From NCBI GenBank assembly GCA_016217555.1, contig JACRHW010000023.1, positions 64,466-128,465 on the forward strand: a stretch of DNA of 64,000 bases, written 5' to 3'. Position numbers and translations under genes: made by a program. Source of the stretch: Parcubacteria group bacterium (GTDB taxonomy: Bacteria > Patescibacteriota > Minisyncoccia > UBA6257 > JACRHW01). The first letter of the stretch is position 1; each line of letters begins with the position of its first letter. Under the pieces are notes generated by a model that saw nothing but the letters and a program-made list of their open reading frames with translations, was not told the origin of the DNA and ran no database searches. Positions 30,130 through 39,367 of the stretch are shown piece after piece.

Positions 30130-31206
30130 ATGTCACATGTATTCTATCGAAAATATCGACCCAAAACATTTCGCGAGGTAAGCGGGCAGGAGTTTATTGT
30201 AAAAGTACTTCAAGAGGCCGTGCACAGAGAAATGATAAGCCATGCCTATCTTCTTGCAGGACCACGTGGTACGGGAAAAACTACGCTTGCGCGTATTCTC
30301 GCAAAGGCATTGAACTGTCTTAAACCCAAACAAGGTAATCCGTGTGGATTGTGTGAAAATTGCACTTCAATAGAAAAAGGATTTTTTGTAGATGTTGTTG
30401 AGATGGATGCCGCCTCACACAGAGGAATCGATGAAATACGACAAATCAAAGAGGCGGTTGAGTTTCAACCCATGCACTCACAATATAAAATATATATTAT
30501 TGATGAAGCACACATGCTTACCAAAGAGGCGTGCAATGCACTCTTAAAAATCCTCGAAGAGCCCCCACGCTACGTCGTATTCATCCTCGCCACCACCGAA
30601 CCAGAAAAAATGATTCCCACGGTCCTCTCTCGTGTGCAACGCTTTGATTTCAAAAAACTTACGTTCAAAGAAGTACGCCAGAAACTTACCCGTATCATAA
30701 AAGAAGAAAGCCTTACTATCCCCGATGATGCCCTTACTCACATTTGCTATCTTGCCGAAGGCTGTCTTCGCGATGCCGAGATGATGCTTGATCAGGTTGC
30801 TCATATCGATCTTACCGAACATAATATCCAAACTATTTTTAACAGGCCTAGTACAGTAAAGATGATGCAGCTCTTGCACGCCATCGCAACACGCAACCCT
30901 TCTACATCCCTCGCTGAACTTACAGAATTTGAAGTGTCGTCCATTCCTCCTGTCCATTTTCTTCGTGATCTTCTCTCTCTTGCAAGAAAAGTAACACTGC
31001 TAAAACTACACAAGGACGCACCGGCCATACTTTCTAAGGAGATGAGTAAAGAGGACATCGCAACACTCACCCTCCTTGCAGAACAATTTGAACTCAACCA
31101 CCTCACAACACTTATTCAAAATCTCATCGAATCTAGAAAAAACATCTACTATTCCCCCATCCCATTTCTTCCCATCGAATTGGCAATCATACAATCTCTT
31201 TCTTAA
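30130..31206 (+). CDS. dnaX: DNA polymerase III subunit gamma/tau, a short form.
   Basis: LLAGPRGTGKTTLARILAKALNC. Zinc module CGLCENC. An ATPase sensor motif. Confidence 0.85.
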   Translation: MSHVFYRKYRPKTFREVSGQEFIVKVLQEAVHREMISHAYLLAGPRGTGKTTLARILAKALNCLKPKQGNPCGLCENCTSIEKGFFVDVVEMDAASHRGIDEIRQIKEAVEFQPMHSQYKIYIIDEAHMLTKEACNALLKILEEPPRYVVFILATTEPEKMIPTVLSRVQRFDFKKLTFKEVRQKLTRIIKEESLTIPDDALTHICYLAEGCLRDAEMMLDQVAHIDLTEHNIQTIFNRPSTVKMMQLLHAIATRNPSTSLAELTEFEVSSIPPVHFLRDLLSLARKVTLLKLHKDAPAILSKEMSKEDIATLTLLAEQFELNHLTTLIQNLIESRKNIYYSPIPFLPIELAIIQSLS

Positions 31207-31343
31207 CCCAAAAAATTATCCAGCTAGCGATCACAAAAGCTTAAAACGCCCCTACCCCTAATGGGGTGGGACGGAGTTTACTTTTTTGTGATGGTATACT
31301 CTAATACCTAAAGTACATTGAAAAAATAAGGAGACTGAGAAAA

Positions 31344-32135
31344 ATGGAAATACGACCAAACAAGCCCATCACACCAGCACAAAACGAAAATTCAACCCCA
31401 AAATCACCAAAAAACAACGCATCAGAAGAAAAACGTGTTGAAACGACGACAACAGAAGAATCACATTTGCGCGAGGTATTCGGTGAAAGATTTTTTGGAT
31501 CTGACGATTGGAAACATTCCTTTGGTATATCACTTTCTCGTGAACAACTAGCAAATATCCCACGTTTCCCGTGGAGCAACGCCCACCTTAACCAACCATG
31601 CCCGTTTACGCCAGGTGCACGCGTCCGCGATACCCACATGGCATTTCTTGGGATTGACCACCATACTGTCTTATTTTTTAAATTTTCGGTAACCATAAAT
31701 CTCCTTTCCGGATTGCGTGGATTTCACTACCAACCAAGAATTTCTATTTCTAGCTCATTCCAACATCAAAATCCAAATTTCACCTCCCAAGAAAATTTGC
31801 AATATCGATGGTATCTTGCTCCACTTCAGCCTCCACATTACTCATATACAATACCTAACGATGCAATTGCACAACTTCCAAGACGGTATTCACTTTCTTC
31901 AACGCTCGTGGAAACCACAAAACTCTTTCTTTATTATGCAAAGAATGGTATCTATCCGCGCACAAATACACTTTCATTCACATCAGACGAGTTTTCTCAT
32001 AATTCACGCGTCCTCGTTGGTGTACAAGATAATGCAATCCGTCTCAGTACTACTCACTATCGTCCCAATAACTTTTCTATCACAACAGCCTGTACCCTTA
32101 ATCCACCACGAAAGGAGGTAAACACATGGGCATAA
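31344..32135 (+). CDS. Hypothetical protein (263 aa).
   Basis: SD AAGGAGACTGAG upstream. No recognised domain. Confidence 0.45.
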   Translation: MEIRPNKPITPAQNENSTPKSPKNNASEEKRVETTTTEESHLREVFGERFFGSDDWKHSFGISLSREQLANIPRFPWSNAHLNQPCPFTPGARVRDTHMAFLGIDHHTVLFFKFSVTINLLSGLRGFHYQPRISISSSFQHQNPNFTSQENLQYRWYLAPLQPPHYSYTIPNDAIAQLPRRYSLSSTLVETTKLFLYYAKNGIYPRTNTLSFTSDEFSHNSRVLVGVQDNAIRLSTTHYRPNNFSITTACTLNPPRKEVNTWA

Positions 32136-32530
32136 ACATTTATTTTCTCGTAGGATATATCGTCTGTGGAATTCTTGCTTACGGAATTCAAAAAAACAAC
32201 TGGCGCCAATTTTTTGTAACACTTGAATTCGTAGGATATGATATTACTGCGGAACTTATGTGTATTACGTGCGGGCTTCTTGGGTATTATGGATTTATCA
32301 TAATCCTTGGAACGGTTCTTATGGATAGGTTTATGTTCGACATTAAACTCAAACCTGGTCTCTGCTATAAAATGCCGAAAGAACTTCTCAACTCTACAAG
32401 AAAAACAGTACCTGAAGAAAAGTGGAAACAATTAGAGGATAAGATAACTGAACTAGAACAAGAAGTACAAAAAGAAATACAACGATTAAAAGAATTTCCA
32501 CCTTCTCAACGACCCATCGGTCGAGGATAA
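32126..32530 (+). CDS. Hypothetical membrane and coiled-coil protein (134 aa), translationally coupled to the previous gene.
   Basis: SD AAAGGAGGTAAACAC-ATG. Two TM segments. Confidence 0.45.
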   Translation: MGINIYFLVGYIVCGILAYGIQKNNWRQFFVTLEFVGYDITAELMCITCGLLGYYGFIIILGTVLMDRFMFDIKLKPGLCYKMPKELLNSTRKTVPEEKWKQLEDKITELEQEVQKEIQRLKEFPPSQRPIGRG

Positions 32531-32802
32531 CCCTCACCACAACCGCCTCTCTCAGCGGTCTTTTATTTTTCTAAACATCCTTTATCATGATTACAGGCAG
32601 TGCAAAATCGAAGATTAAAATGAGCCCTCAAGGGGGAGTCAGGTGTTATCGCTATTTATGGTGAGCTTGTCGAATCCATGATAGGGGGACTGTAGGGGTC
32701 TCCCTCTTGTAGGCGAACTTTTAATCTTCGGTCTTGCATACCAAATCCACACGTTGACTCAATAAAACAAAAAAACTAAACTATAAGTACTTAACAATTT
32801 AA

Positions 32803-32864
32803 TTATCAAGAGTGTGGCGAGAGTTCTAGCTCTGTGACCCACCAGCAACTTGTCTCAAAGATAA
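32803..32864 (+). promoter_or_regulatory. Candidate SAM-binding riboswitch-like leader upstream of metK.
   Basis: TTATCAAGAG…GGCGAGAG…CTCTGTGACCCACCAGCAAC…CTCAAAGATAA. An S-box-like 5' P1 strand (UUAUCAAGAG) pairs with a 3' GAUAA. An internal GAGAG/CUCU hairpin and a GCAAC motif are present. It is shorter than a canonical SAM-I aptamer. Confidence 0.3.
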
Positions 32865-32952
32865 AGTGCTTCTAGCCCTAATGGGAAAGATAATCGTCGC
32901 ACATCATCTCTCCCGCAAGGAGGGTGTTTTTATTATTACTAACCATTACAAC

Positions 32953-34002
32953 ATGTTTATACCAACAACCTATACTGTAGAAAGTGTTACCTCAGGTCAT
33001 CCTGACAAAGTGTGCGATCAGATTTCAGATGCGTCACTCGACGCATGCCTCAAAGAAGATCCAAAAAGTCGTGTCGCCGTAGAAGCCTTTGGCGGTCATG
33101 GCCATCTTGTGATAGGAGGTGAGGTTACCTCAAAAGCAACAGTCAATTATGCAGAGCTTGCCAGAAATTTATATAGAGACATTGGCTATGATGATGCGCT
33201 TGATATAGCTGTCTATGTAGCACAACAATCCCCTGACATCTCGCAAGGTGTCGATACGGGTGGTGCAGGAGACCAGGGCATCATGTATGGCTATGCAACA
33301 GATGAGACGCCCGAGCATCTTCCTGCTGGGATTGTTCTCGTGCATAAACTTACTAAAGGGCTTGAGGATCTACGCAAAAATAAAATAGTCTCATGGCTTA
33401 AACCCGATGGAAAGGCACAGGTAACAATGCAAGACAATCGCCTCACTACCATCCTTGTAAGCACAGAGCACGATGAATCAGTTACCCAAGATGAGATTAG
33501 AAAAACAATTTCGGAGAAACTTATTACACCGCTTGGTGTTGATCCGAACTCAATAGAACTTTTTGTAAATCCTACGGGGAAATTTGTGATGGGTGGTTTC
33601 GAAGCAGATACCGGACTTACTGGACGAAAAATAATGGTAGACACCTACGGTGGTCTTATCCAACATGGGGGTGGGTGCTTCTCAGGAAAAGATCCAACAA
33701 AAGTAGATCGCTCAGCAGCCTATATGTGCCGATTCGTTGCAAAAAACATTGTCGCAAACAAGCTTGCAAAAACGTGTTTTGTCTCTGTTGCCTATGCCAT
33801 TGGCCACGCAGAACCCCTTATGATTTACGCTGCCGATGAAACAGGAAAAGACCTGAGCGTAATCGCAAAAGAAAAATTTGATTTTCGCCCACAGGCAATC
33901 ATCGAACGCCTCAACCTTCGCCGCCCTATTTATCTCCAAACCGCTACCTATGGCCACTTTGGAAAACAAGGCCTCCCCTGGGAAGAAATAATTACGATAT
34001 AG
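32953..34002 (+). CDS. metK: S-adenosylmethionine synthetase.
   Basis: MFIPTTYTVESVTSGHPDKVCDQISDA…GGGAFSGKDPTKVDRSAAY. The start is set at ATG 32953. The track's GTG at 32866 would extend the ORF into the leader. Confidence 0.9.
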   Translation: MFIPTTYTVESVTSGHPDKVCDQISDASLDACLKEDPKSRVAVEAFGGHGHLVIGGEVTSKATVNYAELARNLYRDIGYDDALDIAVYVAQQSPDISQGVDTGGAGDQGIMYGYATDETPEHLPAGIVLVHKLTKGLEDLRKNKIVSWLKPDGKAQVTMQDNRLTTILVSTEHDESVTQDEIRKTISEKLITPLGVDPNSIELFVNPTGKFVMGGFEADTGLTGRKIMVDTYGGLIQHGGGCFSGKDPTKVDRSAAYMCRFVAKNIVANKLAKTCFVSVAYAIGHAEPLMIYAADETGKDLSVIAKEKFDFRPQAIIERLNLRRPIYLQTATYGHFGKQGLPWEEIITI

Positions 34003-34020
34003 TTTCCACCCCTTCTTCCG

Positions 34021-34117
34021 TCATTCCCGCGATTTATAGTGAGCTTAGTCGAACCAAGGCGGGAATCCAGTCGTTCTGTCATCCTGAGACATCAGGCGAA
34101 GGATCTCTCGAAATGAC
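34021..34117. repeat. R6 element: hairpin TCATTCCCGC…GCGGGAATC (A-block) followed by GTCATCCTGAGACATCAGGCGAAGGATCTCTC (B-block).
   Basis: The same two blocks recur at 59025..59075 and 59358..59398, separated there by a ~280-bp insert that is flanked by a duplicated GCGGGAATC. Confidence 0.75.
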
Positions 34118-34173
34118 AAAAGACGAAAGTATCAGCTCACAAGACTGAGTAAGCGAGTATTCACCATATAGTC

Positions 34174-34223
34174 CCTGAGCTTGTCGAAGGGTTTCCTTAT
34201 GGTAGGCCTTCGATACACTCAGG
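34174..34223. repeat. R5 nested-palindrome element, copy 2.
   Basis: CCTGAGCttgTCGAAGGgtttccttatggtagGCCTTCGAtacacTCAGG. Confidence 0.75.
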
Positions 34224-34326
34224 CATTATCTATTTTTTTACTCAAAGTTGTGAGCTGATACAGACGAAAACCTTGCATAAAAAAGTGGTTTGTGGTATTA
34301 TATGCACAGCACATCGTGAACCCACG

Positions 34327-34506
34327 ATGTTGAAAGCGGTGAAGGAGGTGGCACACTACAAGGAACAGGTTTCGAATCAGGAGATTGGCGGGGCGGGCGT
34401 GAAGAAATTTGCGAAGCGTGAGATGAATCGCGCCATGCGTCGTAAGGCACGTCGCGATCCTGAAAATGCTCCTCGCAAGAAGAGCTATTATGGATATATC
34501 ACGTAG
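34327..34506 (+). CDS. Small basic protein (59 aa) in a GC-rich island.
   Basis: MLKAVKEVAHYKEQVSNQEIGGAGVKKFAKREMNRAMRRKARRDPENAPRKKSYYGYIT. About 50% GC. Followed by an intrinsic terminator. Confidence 0.4.
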   Translation: MLKAVKEVAHYKEQVSNQEIGGAGVKKFAKREMNRAMRRKARRDPENAPRKKSYYGYIT

Positions 34507-34518
34507 TAAAACAAAAAA

Positions 34519-34546
34519 CCTAGCACGCGCTAGGATTTTTTCTTTT
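34519..34546. terminator. Bidirectional intrinsic terminator CCTAGC-acgc-GCTAGG followed by a T-run.
   Basis: Between 34327..34506 (+) and the HIT gene (-). Confidence 0.6.
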
Positions 34547-34982
34547 CCGCCGCCTTCTTTTTTGCTTCATCTATATCCCGTATCACCCTATCAATTTCTT
34601 CTTGTGACAATACTGTCCGTTCTAATCCACGCTGATCAATATCGCCAAGACGAATATTGGGAATAATATGATAGTGAAGATGCCCCACGCTCTTCCCCGC
34701 ATCCATCCCCTCTCGTACAAGAATGGAACAATACCCATATCCACATTCATACAACAACTCTACTGCTTCTCGAAGGAGTGAAGAAATTCCAATATTTTCT
34801 TTTTCATTTAATTCCAAAAATGATTCTGTGTGTCGCTTTGGAATAACAAGAAGATGGTGATCACGATAAGGAGCAGTCGCGTAGGTAAGAAAAGCCTCAT
34901 CGTTTTCAGAAAGAAACTTATTATATCCATTACAAAATGGACACTCCTTCAACCCCTCAAGAAAATCTTTATAAAAAATCAT
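34530..34982 (-). CDS. HIT-family (histidine triad) hydrolase with an N-terminal Cys motif.
   Basis: GHLHYHIIP histidine triad. CPFCNGYNKF zinc-ribbon-like N-terminus. Confidence 0.8.
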   Translation of the reverse strand: MIFYKDFLEGLKECPFCNGYNKFLSENDEAFLTYATAPYRDHHLLVIPKRHTESFLELNEKENIGISSLLREAVELLYECGYGYCSILVREGMDAGKSVGHLHYHIIPNIRLGDIDQRGLERTVLSQEEIDRVIRDIDEAKKKAAEKKKS

Positions 34983-35008
34983 ATTTTTTCTATTTTAAAA
35001 TACATATT

Positions 35009-36148
35009 CTATAAAGAATCGATAGACTCTGATACCCATTCTATCCCAACCCCTTCTTCCCCTCGACTTTCGCGCTTTTTGATTTCAACTTTTATTGCAT
35101 CAATAAGGGCTCTGACGTGTGGGGACATACCCTTCTCAACACCATTTGTATATTGTCTAAAATGATACCCCAGAGTTGCTTCAAGTTGTTTTCTTGTAAT
35201 GTTCTCCTTGGTTATATTTGTACGGAACTGTTCTAACCACTGCGAATCGATTTTTTCTCTTAAACTTAGGAGGGTTTCTGCAAATTGCAATTCAGGAAAT
35301 TCTTTTAGTTCTTCCTCTTCTATCAGCGGTAATTCGCTTATACCATCATGATCTCCAGAATGTTCGGAGCTCTTTTTTCCAGCAAGGAGCAATAATCCCA
35401 TTGGTCCAAAACTTAATGATATTTTTTGTAAAACCGCCGCCTTCTTCTCATCATCATCCTTTTCATACGCTTGCATAATCTCATTGAAATCAAAAGAATC
35501 TGTCGTATCTCCGAGCATACTAAGAAAAGCTATCTGTGCCCCATATTGTCCTCCGACATTAGTACACGCTTCGTCAATAAAACGATAGAGACGATCGTTT
35601 TCTGCACCAAATCTGCATTGCGTATGTCGGTATTCATGTTCAAATTTATGAACACTGTCACTACGTTCCACATTTTGATTAAGTAGATTTTTTGCATCAT
35701 CCTGTGAAAGATATATAGTAGGTATGGCATCTTTCCCACGCGAAACAAACATCGATGGGGAAGTTGTTGTTTTCTCCCACCAATCTTGCCTTTCAGCAGG
35801 ACTCATCTCTTCTCCAAAATCAAAAAACTCATTTTCCTCTCGTTGGGGCTTTGGGGGCTTCAAAATTTTAATATCAAAATGTTTTTCCCCTTTTTCAATA
35901 CCTATTCCCAACCTCGTGCGCTGTCCGGTAAGCGAAGATTCTTGGGTGAATGGCAGAGTTTTTTCCTTCAATTGTCTGGTTTGTTCTTCATCCATGAATA
36001 CTTCCAACATTTCTCTTTTTTTAAGATCCACCTCTGATTCGTTTAATTCTTCTCTGGTAAGTGCCATCATGTACTTTTCTACAAAGTTAAATTGTCTTTG
36101 TGTAATTCCACTTTCTTTTTGTAATAATTGTGCTCCCACTTCATACAT
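35009..36148 (-). CDS. Hypothetical acidic protein (~380 aa).
   Basis: No recognised domain. The start is probably MYEVGAQ at 36148, overlapping the upstream stop. Confidence 0.45.
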   Translation of the reverse strand: MYEVGAQLLQKESGITQRQFNFVEKYMMALTREELNESEVDLKKREMLEVFMDEEQTRQLKEKTLPFTQESSLTGQRTRLGIGIEKGEKHFDIKILKPPKPQREENEFFDFGEEMSPAERQDWWEKTTTSPSMFVSRGKDAIPTIYLSQDDAKNLLNQNVERSDSVHKFEHEYRHTQCRFGAENDRLYRFIDEACTNVGGQYGAQIAFLSMLGDTTDSFDFNEIMQAYEKDDDEKKAAVLQKISLSFGPMGLLLLAGKKSSEHSGDHDGISELPLIEEEELKEFPELQFAETLLSLREKIDSQWLEQFRTNITKENITRKQLEATLGYHFRQYTNGVEKGMSPHVRALIDAIKVEIKKRESRGEEGVGIEWVSESIDSL

Positions 36149-37026
36149 TACACTTGTCGTTTGTGGGTATTCTTGATTATCGGGAAATTTAAAAGTTTCC
36201 TCTGTTTTTTCTCGTGAATACAAAATAGGTTTTGATTCTTTATTTCCTTCCCTGAATTTCCTATTTCTGTTCGTTCCTTTTCCGATGGTAATTCTATCTT
36301 TTCAGCATACTCTGGAAATCTTTCAGCTAACATTTTATCTGCTCGACTTGGAACAGAAGATTTACCCATGCCTCTATGGTCAAAAAAGAACTCGTTCGCT
36401 TTCTCGGTCATTTGAGTAGTCCTACCGTCCCATGTTTCACCAAATCTTTCAGCGCGATATCTGTTTTCCTCAATTTCTTTTTTACTAAGCGGTCTCTCCA
36501 TCGGTCCATTTTTTATTTCCCACTCTTTTTCAAGTTCTTTTATAATTTCCATTCGACGCTCTTTTTTTAATTCTTCCGAAATTTTTTCTTTCACCTCAGT
36601 CACGAGAACAGCCTCTGGTTTCAAAGAAGGTGATTCTGTACTTAAAGTTTCATGTTGAATATCTGATTGGGGCCGGAAATCTTTTGTTACTATTGTATCA
36701 ATATTAGTTTTTGCTTCGTTTGCAAGCTGATTTGCCTCCGTCTGAACCTCCCGCAACTGCAGGTCTAATCTAAACTCTCGTCTTGTTGTATCAAGTGTTT
36801 CTGGTAGGACATGCAAATTTTTGACAAATGATTCTATTCTTTTTTCACCTTCTGGTAAAATCTCTGCCACTCGTTGCCCTATACGTGATTCGACCGAAGC
36901 AATGTGTTGCCCTAATTGCTCGTTACTTATTTCAATACCTTCAATCTTGAGAGATTTTGGCGTAATTTCTCCTTTTGCTTCCTCTATTTTTGTTTGTGGC
37001 GATGTAAATCCTTCAGGGGATTTCAT
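36148..37026 (-). CDS. Hypothetical acidic coiled-coil protein (292 aa).
   Basis: Charged, low complexity. Confidence 0.45.
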   Translation of the reverse strand: MKSPEGFTSPQTKIEEAKGEITPKSLKIEGIEISNEQLGQHIASVESRIGQRVAEILPEGEKRIESFVKNLHVLPETLDTTRREFRLDLQLREVQTEANQLANEAKTNIDTIVTKDFRPQSDIQHETLSTESPSLKPEAVLVTEVKEKISEELKKERRMEIIKELEKEWEIKNGPMERPLSKKEIEENRYRAERFGETWDGRTTQMTEKANEFFFDHRGMGKSSVPSRADKMLAERFPEYAEKIELPSEKERTEIGNSGKEIKNQNLFCIHEKKQRKLLNFPIIKNTHKRQV

Positions 37027-37028
37027 AA

Positions 37029-37193
37029 TTATTTAAGTGAGTCGCGTAATTCTTTTATTCGCTTTTCTTTTAACGTCTCGAGAAAATCGGCAATGATTTT
37101 ATCTCGTTTCTTTTTTAACACAACTAGCTGCGCCATATATTTTGCGAGAACATCATCTATTTCTTTTTTCTTTTGTGCGTTGTTATTTACCAT
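37029..37193 (-). CDS. Small coiled-coil ORF (54 aa) not in the track, translationally coupled to the next gene.
   Basis: MVNNNAQKKKEIDDVLAKYMAQLVVLKKKRDKIIADFLETLKEKRIKELRDSLK. Its stop overlaps the start of 36148..37026. Confidence 0.3.
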   Translation of the reverse strand: MVNNNAQKKKEIDDVLAKYMAQLVVLKKKRDKIIADFLETLKEKRIKELRDSLK

Positions 37194-37251
37194 GGCTTGT
37201 TGTGATACCTTAACTATTCAATAATAGCAGATTTTTTCAAAAAGGATCCAC

Positions 37252-37324
37252 TTATCCCGCTAAAACTAAAAACGCCCCCACAAAAGCAAAGTTTTCAAAC
37301 ATATTCCTACTATCGCGGGAATAA
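37252..37324. repeat. R3-like hairpin module, diverged: TTATCCCGC…GCGGGAATAA arms with a 55-nt loop.
   Basis: Arm TATCCCGCTAAAACTAA resembles R3 ATCCCGTTAGAAGTAA. It lies 7 nt left of R2 copy 2. Confidence 0.5.
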
Positions 37325-37331
37325 CAACCTT

Positions 37332-37452
37332 GGGACCTACGTATTTGGATGCATTACGAGGAAAACGCGAGGAACGGAGTAAGCTGTACAGAATGAGTAC
37401 TGCGTCGAGTACCACAGTATTTGACGAAGTAGTGCGCCAAATGGGTAAGTCC
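37332..37452. repeat. R2 element copy 2. The core is ~95% identical to copy 1 and the flanking IR is different and imperfect (GGGACCTACGT / GGGTAAGTCC). It ends 2 nt before the typA stop.
   Basis: Same conserved blocks as R2 copy 1. The internal helix GCATTAC/GTAGTGC (including a U·G pair) corresponds to GCAGTAC/GTAATGC in copy 1. Confidence 0.85.
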
Positions 37453-37454
37453 TA

Positions 37455-39245
37455 TTATTTTCTTCGTGCTCGTGCTCGATCCAGATCAGTAAGAAATTCC
37501 TTGCGAAGACGTACGCTTTTAGGGGTGACTTCTAGGAGTTCATCGTCTTCCATAACCTCAAGACCACGCTCGATGGTAAGTTGCCACGCAGGTGCAAGCT
37601 GAATGTTATCATCAGTTCCTGAGGCACGCATATTAGTAAGCTGTTTGCCCTTAGTAGGGTTTACCGACATTGCGTCACCCTTTGCAGTGTTTCCTATTAC
37701 CATACCTTCATACACTTCAACATTAGGTTCAATATAAAGCTGTCCGCGTGTCTGAAGATTATCAAGAGAATAACCCAATGCTTTCCCGGTAACCATAGAC
37801 ACCATAGAACCAGCACTTCTTTTCACCAAGTCACCACAATAAGGTTTAAATCCTTCTACACGGCTCGCCATAATCCCCTGACCCTTTGTGTCCATAACAA
37901 ACTGATTGCGGTATCCAAGAAGCCCACGTGTGGGACCCTCAAATATCATACGCACTGTATTTTCATGTGGATCCATACTAACAATACGCGCCTTTCGATT
38001 TGAAAGTCGTTCAATAATAATGCCCTGGAATTCTGATGGAACATCGATAGTGATCTCTTCAAAGGGCTCCTGTTTCGCTCCATCAACTTCTTTAATAATA
38101 ATGTGTGGCTGGGATACCTGAAGCTCAAACCCCTCTCTTCGCATGATCTCAAGAAGAATGGCAATGTGGAGCTCACCTCGTCCAAAAACACGAAATTTAT
38201 CTGCATCAACAAAATCAACATGTAAACCCACGTTCACCTCGAGTTCTTTTTCAAGGCGTTCTCGAATTTGTCGTGAAGTAACAAACTTTCCTTCGCGTCC
38301 TGCAAAAGGAGAATTGTTAACCATAAAGTTAAGTGAAATAGTTGGCTCATCTACGTGTATAGAAGGGAGCGCTTCTTGAGTAGGAGAGGCGCAAATAGTT
38401 TCACCAATAAAAATGTCAGGGATTCCGGCGATCATCGCAATATCTCCTGCCACAGCCTCAGATACATCTTCGCGAGAGAGCCCACGGAAGGTAAAGATCT
38501 TTGAAATTTTTCCAGAACGGGTGGCACCCTCCATGTTTTTTATGTATACATTATCACCCACCTTAATTACCCCTTCATAAACACGGGCAATAGCAAGACG
38601 CCCGAGATAGTTGTCATAGGCAAGGTTAAAGGGTTGTGCACGCAAAGGCGCATCAATATTTCTTGGCGCAGGAGGAATTTCTTCGATAATAGTATCGAGA
38701 AGTGGAGAAAGATCAACAAACGTATCAGTAAGCTCACGTTTAGCTACCCCATCTCGGCCAACCGCATAGACCGTAACAAAATCAAGTTGTTCGTCATTTG
38801 CGCCAAGATCAATAAAAAGCTCGAGCACTTCATTTTCAGTACGCTTGATGTCAGCCGCTGGCTTATCAATCTTATTCACCACGACAATAGGCTTTAAACC
38901 TATCTCGAGCGCTTTCTTGAGTACAAAACGTGTCTGTGGCATAGGCCCCTCCTGAGCATCGACAATAAGAAGCACTGCATCAATTGAACGCAATACGCGT
39001 TCCACCTCAGAACCAAAATCAGCGTGACCAGGAGTGTCTACGATATTAATCTTTGTACCCTTATAAAATATTGAAGTGTTTTTTGAATAAATAGTAATGC
39101 CACGCTCCTTCTCGAGTGTGTTTACATCCATACTCATCCCCTCCTCGAACATTCCGCACTGACGCATAATAGCATCGGTGAGAGTTGTTTTACCGTGGTC
39201 AACGTGAGCAATGATAGCAATATTTCTAATTTCTGTTGGCTCCAT
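37455..39245 (-). CDS. typA: Translational GTPase TypA/BipA.
   Basis: IRNIAIIAHVDHGKTTLTD plus EF-G-like domains. Start set at MEPTEIRN (39245). Confidence 0.9.
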   Translation of the reverse strand: MEPTEIRNIAIIAHVDHGKTTLTDAIMRQCGMFEEGMSMDVNTLEKERGITIYSKNTSIFYKGTKINIVDTPGHADFGSEVERVLRSIDAVLLIVDAQEGPMPQTRFVLKKALEIGLKPIVVVNKIDKPAADIKRTENEVLELFIDLGANDEQLDFVTVYAVGRDGVAKRELTDTFVDLSPLLDTIIEEIPPAPRNIDAPLRAQPFNLAYDNYLGRLAIARVYEGVIKVGDNVYIKNMEGATRSGKISKIFTFRGLSREDVSEAVAGDIAMIAGIPDIFIGETICASPTQEALPSIHVDEPTISLNFMVNNSPFAGREGKFVTSRQIRERLEKELEVNVGLHVDFVDADKFRVFGRGELHIAILLEIMRREGFELQVSQPHIIIKEVDGAKQEPFEEITIDVPSEFQGIIIERLSNRKARIVSMDPHENTVRMIFEGPTRGLLGYRNQFVMDTKGQGIMASRVEGFKPYCGDLVKRSAGSMVSMVTGKALGYSLDNLQTRGQLYIEPNVEVYEGMVIGNTAKGDAMSVNPTKGKQLTNMRASGTDDNIQLAPAWQLTIERGLEVMEDDELLEVTPKSVRLRKEFLTDLDRARARRK

Positions 39246-39367
39246 AATTTGTAATGTAATAATTTCAGCCGAGGGCTGATCCGCCCCTGGCGGAAAAAAA
39301 TCCCGCGTTCCCACACGAGATTACAGATGCTCTTTATACTATATTTTTAAAATTATGTCAAAAAAAC

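Noticed and set aside
33291-33969. Antisense ORFs inside metK and the many short overlapping ORFs in the track (for example 24442..24946, 48431..49138, 54078..54760).
   Set aside because: They lie inside well-supported longer genes on the opposite strand or in another frame. They have no SD and their composition is consistent with chance ORFs.
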